A stretch of DNA of 63,490 nt, the filler included. It is 9 parts of 9 records of this genome, joined end to end, with 100 filler letters (N's around TTAATTAATTAA, not from the genome) between each part and the next. Parts side by side here need not be neighbours in the genome. Positions count along the whole stretch, not along the records: positions 46,449 to 52,819 come from DRR378314_1007; positions 52,920 to 58,290 come from DRR378314_1008; positions 58,391 to 63,490 come from DRR378314_1027; 6 more parts are not named here. One strand, given 5' to 3'. Shown in pieces: positions 49,007 through 58,694 of this stretch. Under the pieces are notes generated by a model, which worked only from the letters and a program-made list of their open reading frames with translations, searched no databases and was not told the DNA's origin. A program made the translations under genes and the position numbers. How positions within the stretch are numbered: the stretch's first letter is position 1; each line of letters begins with the position of its first letter.

Positions 49007-50883
49007 TACCGCAGTGCAAATCCCGGCGTTCGACAACGGGTCGTCGGGATGGAAAAGTGACGCGAGGTGAGCCAAATCCCACTGCCGTGCAGCGCGTTCT
49101 GGCAGTGGCTTGTTGCGAGCGATCGCTGTTTGCACGTACGGGCACGCGACGCACTCGCCTGGCAAGGAAGTAACTTTCACAGGTTCGGCTGCGCAGCTCT
49201 TGCTGCTCGGCCAGGGTTGTAGGTCTGGCCTTGCGCGCTGCCCAGTCATTGCCTGGGAGAACAGAGTGGTCCGCGCTCCCCGGTTGCGCAACTGTGTCCC
49301 TTGGAGAATCAGGCAGAGGAATCACGATCAGCGCGCAGTTATATGCAAACCACGTGGGCATGGATATACGACCTTGGCACTGACACAGCACCCTCGTGGT
49401 GGCACAGTGTCCGCGCAAAGTTCCGTGGCATATCAAGACCGCCAAACTTGTCGTGCGCGCGCGATAGGAGCCGCGTGCGTCTAGCCCTTCGGCACCGAAG
49501 CAACCGGTGCCCCCTTGTCGAGTGCAGGACCCTGTCGGTTTCGGCTCTCCGAATAGCGTGGCTCGCCCGATCATCTCAGTCTCTCAATCGTATTGACAAA
49601 TGCTCTGCAGACTGGATATGCTCGGTAGCTGCAGGACTGCGGCGAAACTAAGCTTGCGCCGTTGCTTGGAGACTCCGCAGAAAGTTGCGCTCCTGCAGGT
49701 AGCCTTGGCGGCGCTTGTTTCGAAAGCGCTGCGATTCGTGAGCGGGCAGGAAACGGCTGTAGTTCTCTCCTTGCAGCAAGATATGCCCGTACATCGAAGA
49801 CAGCGGTTCATACTCACTGGTAAAATTCTGCAAGAGCCTTCTCCTGATCCCTTCATACGGCGATGCGCAACGCTGCGTGTGCTCCCGCGGCCACCCGCGG
49901 TTAGCCCAAACACAAGGTGGCGGCGAGAAGACTGGTCCTCAGGCACTCTGAACACGACGCGTAGCCCTACGCCCCAACGTAGTGCTCGCCAAACCCTCGT
50001 CTTGTAAACCAGCGCCAAATGGGCTGCCTGAGCACACAAACGCGCAGCGCATACCAGCTGTGGCTTCTCTTCTGTCCAAGCGCCAACGCCCGCCCACACG
50101 GTACACATTTCTCTACGTGTGGAGTTGCCCCCAGATCTTTCCAGTGCGCAGTTTTGTTTACTCCGCTTATACGAAGACACACGCTCGGCGCGAGCCGCGG
50201 AGCGCGCCAACGCTCGCGCTCAGCCAGACATGGACGCTGCCGGACACGACGCGCGCACTGCTGGGTACGCTGGTTGCCTGCCCACGAGCGATCCACGTGG
50301 CCATGGGTTTTCCCGACCCCCCACGTTGCATAGACTGGCTCGTCCTCTCTCGCCACAGACTGGTTGCATTACTACTACATCATCACCGTGAGCAATACGG
50401 CAGTCAAAGGGGCACTGGGGAACTTCCTACGCGGGGCACTCGCTCCCACGCACAGCTTCCGCGGCGGACCACGAATCTCGCACAACGCACGCTGGCTGTG
50501 CTCGCACTGGGTGGGCGGCACGTGCTGGTTGCACCTGCCTGCATTTCCCTCGCAGAGCGCTGTGCCGCCCTTTTCTCTGTCGCCCCTTTTGCGCATGCGT
50601 TGGTCCAATACATATATGTCATATCGATATGGGCTTACGCCACTCGCCATGAACCCTCGCTCAGAAATTGGCCTTGCCTTGCGTGCGTGCACGAGTGCGA
50701 ATTGGTGTTGCAACGTGGAGCACCGCGTTCGTACGCAAGCTCTCGCGACTCGCTCTCCGCTACACGCTGCGTTTCCCTGCCCCAATCCATCACACCGAAA
50801 GCAAGCGGCTACCAAATGTACCTACCAATTGATGCAATTCATTGTCGCTATTCGTGTTCATCTGTTCGAACCGCTTTATGCAG

Positions 50884-52277
50884 ACAAAAGGTTCTTGACT
50901 ACGTGCTCTTCGTCCTGTTCGGCATCGGGTCGTGGCTGCTCACGTCGAGCTTGTACACCGAGGTGTGTACCGCAGCGAGCGCTTGCCCGTGCGACCCTGC
51001 GCTCGTCAAGCGCGGTGCGACACCCGAACACGGATTGCGCCTCACTTTGCCATCTCTCATTTCGTCGGACCGTACGTGTCCAAATGAATTTCTTGTATGT
51101 AATGAGTAGGGTCCGATTTATTTGCCTCACGGGTGCAAAGTGCTCCCCAACGGCGACAAGTACGACTGCAAGGGCCAGCCAGAGGGCTACCGCATCTACG
51201 CCATCCTGGACGTCGCCGTCGAGGTCGCCAACGTAGTTGCCATTGCGTACATTCTCGTGCTCGCCAAGTACGTCTCGCGGCATTTGTATCGATCTTCTTT
51301 AGCAGTATACAATTATGCAGTACTCTCCGTGTCTCGGCAACGCGGGGAAGTACGAAAATGCGGCGGCGCTATCTGTTCCTGAAGAATACGCATGGGCGCG
51401 GGAGTGCCGCCGTCTGCGCCGCAATGACCAGACTGCCTGGCCTCGTCGGAGCTCGCGCCTGCACCATTGTTCAGCGGAAGTGTGCCTCCATCGTTTCCCT
51501 GTGTCGCGGCGATATGGGCACCCTGCGTCTGGCTAGTATTACAGCTGGTTTGGAGGACAGCGTTGACAAACATGGCTTTCCAGCGCCACTATCTGCTCGT
51601 TGGTTTGGGGTCAATTGTTGGGAAGAGCGCTGGTCCACAACGGTTTGCAACAAGTGCGGGAGGCTCTCTTGACGCATATTCGCGGTTCCTTTCCCCGTGC
51701 GCAGCGGATTGCGTTACGTAGCCAACCCAAATATCCCCGCAAATGATTAGCGGCTTTCCTGTTCTACTTCTGGTGCAGATGTGCGTCGGCGTCCCGGAGA
51801 GCACGCTCGTCTGGACGGGTATTTCTTGTAGAAATTTCAATCGTCTTGCTTGTCACGGCGGCCGCCTCGTTTTTCGTTGCGCGGACTTGGAACGACACGG
51901 TACGGCTAGTCGACATGCTGCCAGAGAGGAGCTTCTTCTGTCACTGCAAACGACTCGTGAGCCTTCACATACGTTCCTCAGGAGCTGTTCACCACTTGTT
52001 TTCGCATTTGTGCATCCACAAAAAAAAGTTGCTATCCACTTGCACGCCGAGGGCTGGCGAGCCGCAGCACCCGTGCCGAATTTATTCGTGCGGTTTTCCT
52101 GCAGAGCGAGCCTTGATTTCAACTGATCGATTGCTGCGCTCCGCCATTGCGCTGCCCTTTTCGCGCGTGTCCCAGGTTCATATGTCGGGTCGAGACGTAT
52201 CTCTCCCGCTCATTGGCACGTCGTTCGTGTCGGGAGCGACCGGCGCAATGTCTATGCTTGTGTTCTTTCCGTTTGCT
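50884..52277 (+). CDS. SLC52 (riboflavin transporter)-like membrane protein, partial exons
   Basis: VLFVLFGIGSWLLTSSLYTE|..QPEGYRIYAILDVAVEVANVV..|..TWNDT|..VSLPLIGTSFVSGATGAMSMLVFFPFA resembles the SLC52 pattern FGMGSW..E..LPEGW..GN..TFLPF. Confidence 0.65.
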
Positions 52278-52466
52278 GTACGTACCCCCTCTGCTTGAGA
52301 GAATGATGGCAGCTTGAACACCGATGCCAATCGAGGCGCAAGCTTGGTCGGGTAGATTGACTTCAGTGGCAAGGAAGGCGAGAATCCGCTGAAAAGATAG
52401 AACTGACTTGTAGCTTGGAACCGCTTATTATGTGTGGAATGGCAAGGACTGCCTCTGAAGCCTGGT

Positions 52467-52664
52467 TTGCACAAGATGCTGCGGTATACTCCCGTAGCCA
52501 AGGCCCGCCGTCTGCGTGTAGGCTTGCAATGTGAGCGACGGTGGAGGCTGCTCCCTGCACTAGGATGAGACATACTCCAGCAACCGGGAGCCGCTTACTG
52601 CATGTAGGCCTGCATAGTGAGCGACGGTGGAGGCTGTTTCGTGCATAGCGCTGTGGAATACTTC
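52467..52664. repeat. Degenerate tandem repeat, period about 86 bp
   Basis: CTGC(G/A)TGTAGGC(T/C)TGCA..GTGAGCGACGGTGGAGGCTG at 52512 and 52598. An ATACT(C/T)C anchor recurs near 52487, 52572 and 52658. Confidence 0.75.
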
Positions 52665-52919
52665 TTCCACTGAAACCTGCTGCCCGAGCGTTCGCCCTTT
52701 TGCTAACCCTATAGCTGCGCGCGGCGCCAGGATTCTGCATGGCCCGTGCGCCCTATCGCACCAGTCGTTTGTTGCCTTGTACCGGTGCACGCGCATACAC
52801 GCATCAGTTGAAAAGGGTCNNNNNNNNNNNNNNNNNNNNNNNNNNNNNNNNNNNNNNNNNNNNTTAATTAATTAANNNNNNNNNNNNNNNNNNNNNNNNN
52901 NNNNNNNNNNNNNNNNNNN

Positions 52920-53387
52920 CTGGCCGCCAACGCCATGAAGGGCGGCATGGCGATCTTGAAGCCTTTGCTGGCCGAAACCGGCGCCCCGCGCGTTGGCAAG
53001 ATGGTGATCGGCACCGTCAAAGGCGACATCCATGACATTGGCAAGAACCTTGTAGCGATGATGATGGAAGGCGCAGGGTTCGAGGTTGTCGATCTCGGCA
53101 TCAACAACCCGGTCGAAAACTACCTTGAAGCGTTAGAGAACGAGGCGCCAGACATTCTGGGCATGTCCGCCCTGCTCACGACGACCATGCCATATATGAA
53201 GGTTGTGATTGACACGCTGGTCGAACAGGGCCTGCGCGAGGAGTATGTTGTTCTGGTTGGCGGCGCGCCGCTGAACGAAGAATTCGGCAAAGCAATCGGT
53301 GCTGATGGCTATTGCCGTGATGCTGCGGTCGCCGTGGAAATGGCCAAGGATTTCATGTCGCGCAAGCACAACCAACTGGCCGGCTAA
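52920..53387 (+). CDS. Stand-alone corrinoid (B12-binding) protein (5' truncated)
   Basis: GTVKGDIHDIGKNLV (DxHxxG), SALLTTTM, VGGAP. The frame ends after the B12 domain, with no MetH activation domain. Confidence 0.92.
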   Translation: MAANAMKGGMAILKPLLAETGAPRVGKMVIGTVKGDIHDIGKNLVAMMMEGAGFEVVDLGINNPVENYLEALENEAPDILGMSALLTTTMPYMKVVIDTLVEQGLREEYVVLVGGAPLNEEFGKAIGADGYCRDAAVAVEMAKDFMSRKHNQLAG

Positions 53388-53410
53388 AGCACGAGACCAT
53401 ACCGTGAGAC

Positions 53411-53439
53411 AGGCCGTCCTTTTCGGGGCGGCCTTTTTT
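53411..53439 (+). terminator. Intrinsic terminator
   Basis: AGGCCGTCC-ttttc-GGGGCGGCC followed by T6. Confidence 0.85.
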
Positions 53440-53487
53440 GTCCCAAGCACGCGATCCTATATAAGTGTAGCCAGCCTGAGAGTTCAC

Positions 53488-54153
53488 ATGACCGATGCAC
53501 AAATGCCAGATGATGACGGCCTGACCCGTCAGGGTTACACCGCACCGCGCACAGTAGAATCAATTCTTCTGATAGCCTGCGGTGCGCTGGCGCGCGAAAT
53601 ACTGGACCTCAAGGAACGGAATGGCTGGGACCATATGGCATTGACCTGCCTTCCTGCCATTCTGCACGTACACCCGGAAAAGATCACTCAGGCGGTGGAG
53701 GACGCAGTTACCAAGCATCAGGACGCATATGATCGGATCTACGTTGTCTATGCCGATTGCGGAACCGGAGGTCTGTTGCAAGCTGCGTGCGAACGGCTGG
53801 GGGTCGAAATGATCAAAGGCCCCCATTGCTATTCATTCTTCGAGGGGAACTTGGCCTTTGCCGCGCATGGCGACGATGAGACCACCGCGTTTTATCTGAC
53901 CGACTTCCTTGCAAGGCAGTTCGACGCGTTTGTCTGGAAACCGCTTGGCCTGGATCGACATCCTGAACTGCGTGAGATGTACTTTGGGAACTATACCAAG
54001 CTCGTCTACCAAGCACAGACCGACAATCCCGAACTTACCCGTCGCGCCCAGGAGTGTGCGAGACGGATGGGGCTGGAGTTCGAGCGTCGGCAGACTGGAT
54101 ATGGCGATCTGGAAACGACACTTTCAGATTGGGCGGCACGCAAGCAAGAGTGA
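53488..54153 (+). CDS. DUF1638 domain protein
   Basis: LIACGALAREI, LPAILHVHPEKI, YADCGTGG, GPHCY, FYLTDF, MYFGNY. The likely start is MTDAQ at 53488. Confidence 0.8.
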   Translation: MTDAQMPDDDGLTRQGYTAPRTVESILLIACGALAREILDLKERNGWDHMALTCLPAILHVHPEKITQAVEDAVTKHQDAYDRIYVVYADCGTGGLLQAACERLGVEMIKGPHCYSFFEGNLAFAAHGDDETTAFYLTDFLARQFDAFVWKPLGLDRHPELREMYFGNYTKLVYQAQTDNPELTRRAQECARRMGLEFERRQTGYGDLETTLSDWAARKQE

Positions 54154-54156
54154 CGA

Positions 54157-54567
54157 TCAGGCGTTGGCCAGCGCAACCTCACGAATTCGTTCAATCATGG
54201 CGCGTAGGCCGTTCGATCGTTGCGCTGATAAATGATCTTGCAGCCCCAGGCGCGCCAGTTCACCACCGGCATCTACCTTCGGAACGTCGGCCACGGGCAA
54301 ATCATTGTAAAGCGTGCGCAAAACCGCGATCAGCCCCCGCACAATCAGCGCATCGCTATCGCCATCAAATCGAAACTGACCATTCTCGATATTCGGATGC
54401 AGCCAGACCTGACTGGCGCAACCATTCACTTTGGTCGCAGGCACCTTGAACGCATCATCCAGCGGCTCCATCGCTTTGCCCTGCTCGATGACATGGCGAT
54501 AGCGGTCTTCCCAGTCTTCCAGAAACTCGAAATCTTCGACTATCTCTTCAAAGGCCGGCGTTGCCAT
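54157..54567 (-). CDS. sufE: SufE-family sulfur acceptor
   Basis: DWEDRYRHVIE, KVNGCASQVWL, DSDALIVRGL, LSAQRSNGL. Confidence 0.92.
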   Translation of the reverse strand: MATPAFEEIVEDFEFLEDWEDRYRHVIEQGKAMEPLDDAFKVPATKVNGCASQVWLHPNIENGQFRFDGDSDALIVRGLIAVLRTLYNDLPVADVPKVDAGGELARLGLQDHLSAQRSNGLRAMIERIREVALANA

Positions 54568-54708
54568 GGCGGGTCTGTCCTTGCGTTAAGCGATCACAAT
54601 TGTGACCTATGCTCAGCTTTACCTACTGTCCAGCCCCCTGCATGGCTTTTCAAGATGTCGAAATTGCGATAACCCAATGCGGGTAATGTTGCGCAAAGCG
54701 TTGGGTCC

Positions 54709-55233
54709 ATGCACAAAACTCTGACTGTTCTTCTGCTCTCTGCCACGGTTCTTTCGGCCTGTAACAGCTGGAGCAACTCTCGGGCAAATCCATCGAACTG
54801 GTTTGGCAGCAGCACCCCTGCCCCGACAGAGGTTTCGGCTAGCGACGCGGACGCGTTGGTTCCTCGCCAAAATAATGGCAAAGGCTTGCTGGCGCGGCCA
54901 GAAGTCATCGATAACAGCGTTCCGATCGCCGTCATTAACGAGTTGCGAGTCGACCCGACCGCCTCGGGCGCGATTGTGTATGCGGCTGGCACTGCAATCC
55001 GTCAGGGTGCCTACAATGCACAGCTTGCGCGGGTAAGATCCGAAGAGCTTACCAAGAATGGAATTATGGAATTCACCTTCCGCGTGGACTACCCGAACTA
55101 TGCGACCGTTCAGGGCAACGAGAGATCAAGAATGGTATCCGAGGCTGTCAACGTGTCCAAACAGGATCTGGAAGGAATTCGTCTGGTTCGTGTCAAAGGC
55201 CAGCAAAACGCGTTGGAATCCCGTCGCCGTTAA
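54709..55233 (+). CDS. Hypothetical lipoprotein
   Basis: Signal peptide with lipobox LSA|C, followed by NPSNWFG. Confidence 0.75.
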   Translation: MHKTLTVLLLSATVLSACNSWSNSRANPSNWFGSSTPAPTEVSASDADALVPRQNNGKGLLARPEVIDNSVPIAVINELRVDPTASGAIVYAAGTAIRQGAYNAQLARVRSEELTKNGIMEFTFRVDYPNYATVQGNERSRMVSEAVNVSKQDLEGIRLVRVKGQQNALESRRR

Positions 55234-56387
55234 AGCGAGACAACCTCGACCGCCTGCCCTTTGGCAGCTAACGCGATCTTACCTTCGCACAGCTTCAGCG
55301 CATCCTCACCAAAGACCTCGAACCGCCAACCGGACATAGCGGGCAGATCACGTTCGCCAGCGGCGATTTGATCCAGATCCGCGCTTGAGGCGATCAGTTT
55401 CGCAGCAACGCCCGCGCTCTCGGTCTTTGATTTCAACAGAACGCGCAGCAAATCCGCAAGGGCGGGGTTTACCTTCAGCTTGTCACGGCTATTATCGACC
55501 TTTGGCAACTGATCCGGCGGGCAGTTCACGCCTCGTTTCACTGCTGCCAATATGCCGTCCGCAATCGCACCTTTGCGCGCCTCTCGCAGCAACAAACGTG
55601 ATCCCCCCAAATCCGAAGGGGTCTTGGGTTTTGTCGAAGCCATTTCGATCAGTGCGTCGTCTTTGAAAACCCGACTGCGTGGCACGTTGTTGTCTTGTGC
55701 GTGAGATTCGCGAAACTGCGCCAGCTCCTTGACCACGGCTAGAAACTTGGCGGAATTTGTCCGCGTCTTGACCCGACGCCATGCCTCTTCGGGACGAATA
55801 TCGTAGGTCTCAGGCCGGGTGAGGATACGAAGCTCTTCTGCGACCCAGTGATCTCGCTGCGTCTTTTTTAGCGCTGCAGCCAGATGTTCGTATATATTCC
55901 GCAAATGGGTCACATCAGCCAGCGCATAAGTCTTCTGCGCGTCCGTCAAAGGACGTCGCGACCAGTCGGTAAAGCGTGAGGTTTTATCCACGCCTTCCTT
56001 ACATATCTTTCGAACCAAGGTCTCATACCCGACCTGTTCACCAAAGCCACAGACCATCGCAGCGACCTGAGTGTCAAACAGCGGTGTTGGGAAAACGCCA
56101 GCATCGACCCAGAATATCTCCAGATCCTGCCGCGCTGCGTGGAATACTTTGACCACGCTTTCGTCCCGAAACAACTCATACAGAGGCTCCAGCGACAGGC
56201 CATCGGCCAAAGGGTCTACCAGAACTGCGCTGTCTGCATCCTCGGATGGGAACGCAAGTTGCACGAGACAGAGTTTCGAATAATAAGTCCGTTCGCGCAG
56301 AAATTCTGTGTCTACAGTGACATAAGGGTATTGAGAGGCAGCCGAACAGAATGCGGCCAGCTCTTGCGTCGTTGTCAGGGTTTTCAT
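55230..56387 (-). CDS. rnd: Ribonuclease D
   Basis: VDTEFLRERTYY, KVFHAARQDLE, FDTQ, TDWSRRPL, YALADV and an HRDC region. Confidence 0.95.
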   Translation of the reverse strand: MKTLTTTQELAAFCSAASQYPYVTVDTEFLRERTYYSKLCLVQLAFPSEDADSAVLVDPLADGLSLEPLYELFRDESVVKVFHAARQDLEIFWVDAGVFPTPLFDTQVAAMVCGFGEQVGYETLVRKICKEGVDKTSRFTDWSRRPLTDAQKTYALADVTHLRNIYEHLAAALKKTQRDHWVAEELRILTRPETYDIRPEEAWRRVKTRTNSAKFLAVVKELAQFRESHAQDNNVPRSRVFKDDALIEMASTKPKTPSDLGGSRLLLREARKGAIADGILAAVKRGVNCPPDQLPKVDNSRDKLKVNPALADLLRVLLKSKTESAGVAAKLIASSADLDQIAAGERDLPAMSGWRFEVFGEDALKLCEGKIALAAKGQAVEVVSL

Positions 56388-56497
56388 GCGCGGTGCTGTT
56401 CTTGCTTTTGGTTATTGTAACTGCCCGTGCCGTCCTCGTCCCGAGCGATATTGGACCATAGGACGAATAACCTTCGCGTGTAAATCACCCCACGGTG

Positions 56498-57094
56498 TTA
56501 GGGCAGCAGAACTGGGTCTTTGTTGCCCATACAATAGCGGCGAAGGACCGCAGGATACAGTTTATGCTCTTGTGTCAACACGCGGGCGGCAAGGTCTTCT
56601 GGCGTGTCTCCAGCCCGGATGTCCACGCGCGCCTGCCCCAGTATCGGCCCGTCATCCAAGGCGCCGGTGACTTCGTGAACGGTGCAGCCATGCTCGGCAT
56701 CGCCTGCTTCGATCGCACGGGCGTGCGTATTCAAACCCTTGTATTTCGGCAAAAGTGAGGGATGGATGTTCAGCATCCGACCTTGAAAACGCGAAACAAA
56801 CTCAGCGGTCAGAACGCGCATGAAACCTGCCAGACACACGATATCCGGCTGCGCTGCCAATAAGGGCTTCAGCAATTCTGCCTCGAATGCGGCACGGTCA
56901 TTGCCATGGGGTCTGTGGCCAACGGCGGCGATCGGAATCCCGCGATCTGCTGCTTTCTTCAAACCTCCGGCATTTGCGTCATTCGACAAAACCAGACAAG
57001 GTCGGCCCGAATGATCCCCGGTCATGCTATCGACCAGCGACAACATGTTTGATCCGCCACCGGAAATCAGAATCGCAACGCGTTTGTGGCTCAC
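56498..57094 (-). CDS. purN: Phosphoribosylglycinamide formyltransferase
   Basis: [39 protein letters not shown]. The GTG start overlaps the purM stop. Confidence 0.95.
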   Translation of the reverse strand: MSHKRVAILISGGGSNMLSLVDSMTGDHSGRPCLVLSNDANAGGLKKAADRGIPIAAVGHRPHGNDRAAFEAELLKPLLAAQPDIVCLAGFMRVLTAEFVSRFQGRMLNIHPSLLPKYKGLNTHARAIEAGDAEHGCTVHEVTGALDDGPILGQARVDIRAGDTPEDLAARVLTQEHKLYPAVLRRYCMGNKDPVLLP

Positions 57095-58137
57095 AGCAAT
57101 TTGCCTGAATATTCCACACCGGGCGCGGCTGTAACGGTCCCGATCCGGGCAACGGATTCTCCGGCCTCGGACAACAATGTCGTCAGTTCGCCCGCATCTT
57201 CTGCCGCACAGACGACAATCATGCCGATACCGCAATTGAAGGTCTTGAGCATCTCGGATTCAGCGATCCCACCGGTTGCGGCCATCCATTTGAACACAGG
57301 CGGCAGGTCCCAAGCGTTCAAATCGATCTCGGCCCCCAGCTCTTCGGGCAGAACGCGGGGCAGGTTTTCAGTAAGGCCGCCGCCGGTGATGTGGGCCAGT
57401 GCATGGACCCCCCCTGCCCTGATCGCTTGCAGCGCCGGTTTTACATATAGCCGCGTCGGGGTCAGCAGCGCCTCACCCAAAGTACCGCCACCAAAAGGTG
57501 AATCCGCATCCCAGCCAAGCCCAGACATCTCGACCAGTTTGCGCACCAGCGAATAGCCATTCGAGTGCACGCCATTCGAGGCCAGCCCCAGCAGAACATC
57601 CCCTCGCTGAACGCCCTCAGGCAGCGTTTTGCCTCGTTCCATCGCGCCCACCGAAAAACCCGCAAGATCAAAATCGCCATCGGGGTACATGCCCGGCATC
57701 TCAGCCGTTTCCCCGCCGATCAACGCGCAGCCAGATTGCACACAGCCTTCGGCAATGCCTTCGATAATCCGCGCGGCAGTATCCGTGTCCAGTTTACCGG
57801 TGGCAAAATAATCAAGGAAAAACAAGGGCTCGGCGCCCTGGCAGATCAGGTCATTGACGCACATCGCCACGAGGTCGATCCCAACGCCATCGACAACACC
57901 GGTATCAATCGCAATTCGCAGCTTGGTGCCCACACCATCGGTTGCGCCAACCAGAATCGGGTCTTCGTAACCTGCCGCTTTAAGGTCAAACAGAGCGCCA
58001 AAGCCACCCAGCCCGCTCATCACTCCTGAGCGATTTGTGCGCTTGGCCGCGGGCTTGATCCGGTCAACCAGAGCGTTCCCCGCATCGATATCCACACCTG
58101 CGTCGGCATAGGTGATTCCATTCTTGCCCGCTGTCAT
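57091..58137 (-). CDS. purM: Phosphoribosylformylglycinamidine cyclo-ligase
   Basis: [56 protein letters not shown]. Confidence 0.97.
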   Translation of the reverse strand: MTAGKNGITYADAGVDIDAGNALVDRIKPAAKRTNRSGVMSGLGGFGALFDLKAAGYEDPILVGATDGVGTKLRIAIDTGVVDGVGIDLVAMCVNDLICQGAEPLFFLDYFATGKLDTDTAARIIEGIAEGCVQSGCALIGGETAEMPGMYPDGDFDLAGFSVGAMERGKTLPEGVQRGDVLLGLASNGVHSNGYSLVRKLVEMSGLGWDADSPFGGGTLGEALLTPTRLYVKPALQAIRAGGVHALAHITGGGLTENLPRVLPEELGAEIDLNAWDLPPVFKWMAATGGIAESEMLKTFNCGIGMIVVCAAEDAGELTTLLSEAGESVARIGTVTAAPGVEYSGKLL

Positions 58138-58244
58138 GGCCAATCCCTCATGAGTGCTTTGCGCGCGGGTTATTCGATTGTGGGCGATGTTGCAACGGTC
58201 AGGCTTGACGCGGGCTGCCATCGTGATACGCAAGGCGCATCGGC

Positions 58245-58290
58245 GGGCCTGTAGCTCAATTGGTTAGAGCAGAGCGCTCATAACGCTTTG
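58245..58290 (+). tRNA. tRNA with CAT anticodon (probably Ile2), 3' half cut by contig end
   Basis: GGGCCTGTAGCTCAATTGGTTAGAGC (D arm), then AGCG-CTCATAA-CGCT (anticodon arm). TTGACG -35 at 58205. Confidence 0.85.
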
Positions 58291-58694
58291 NNNNNNNNNN
58301 NNNNNNNNNNNNNNNNNNNNNNNNNNNNNNNNNNTTAATTAATTAANNNNNNNNNNNNNNNNNNNNNNNNNNNNNNNNNNNNNNNNNNNNGATTCGGCTT
58401 CCTTTTATTTGCGCGCACGTTTGACGTTTCGCCCACTTCCTGCGCTGCGTGCGAGCGTCCGCGTACCACTCCAAGCACACCCGGCTGATGACTCCCATTT
58501 TGCAATGATACACAAGCAGAAGAGCAGCTCGACCACCCTGCTGCTTATTCGGATTTGTGCCACTTGGCTGCAATGAGTTGCACAATACGCGCAGCAGAAC
58601 CACAGCACCCCGTTGAGAATACGCCAACTGCAATGCGCCGCACGGGAAGGGTGCGCACGAGCTTGGCAGCGCTTCCGTGCACATCGCAACGTAC

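Noticed and set aside
52706-52714. CTAACCCTA as a telomerase RNA template
   Set aside because: A single 9-mer is expected by chance at this scale, and no supporting structure was identified.
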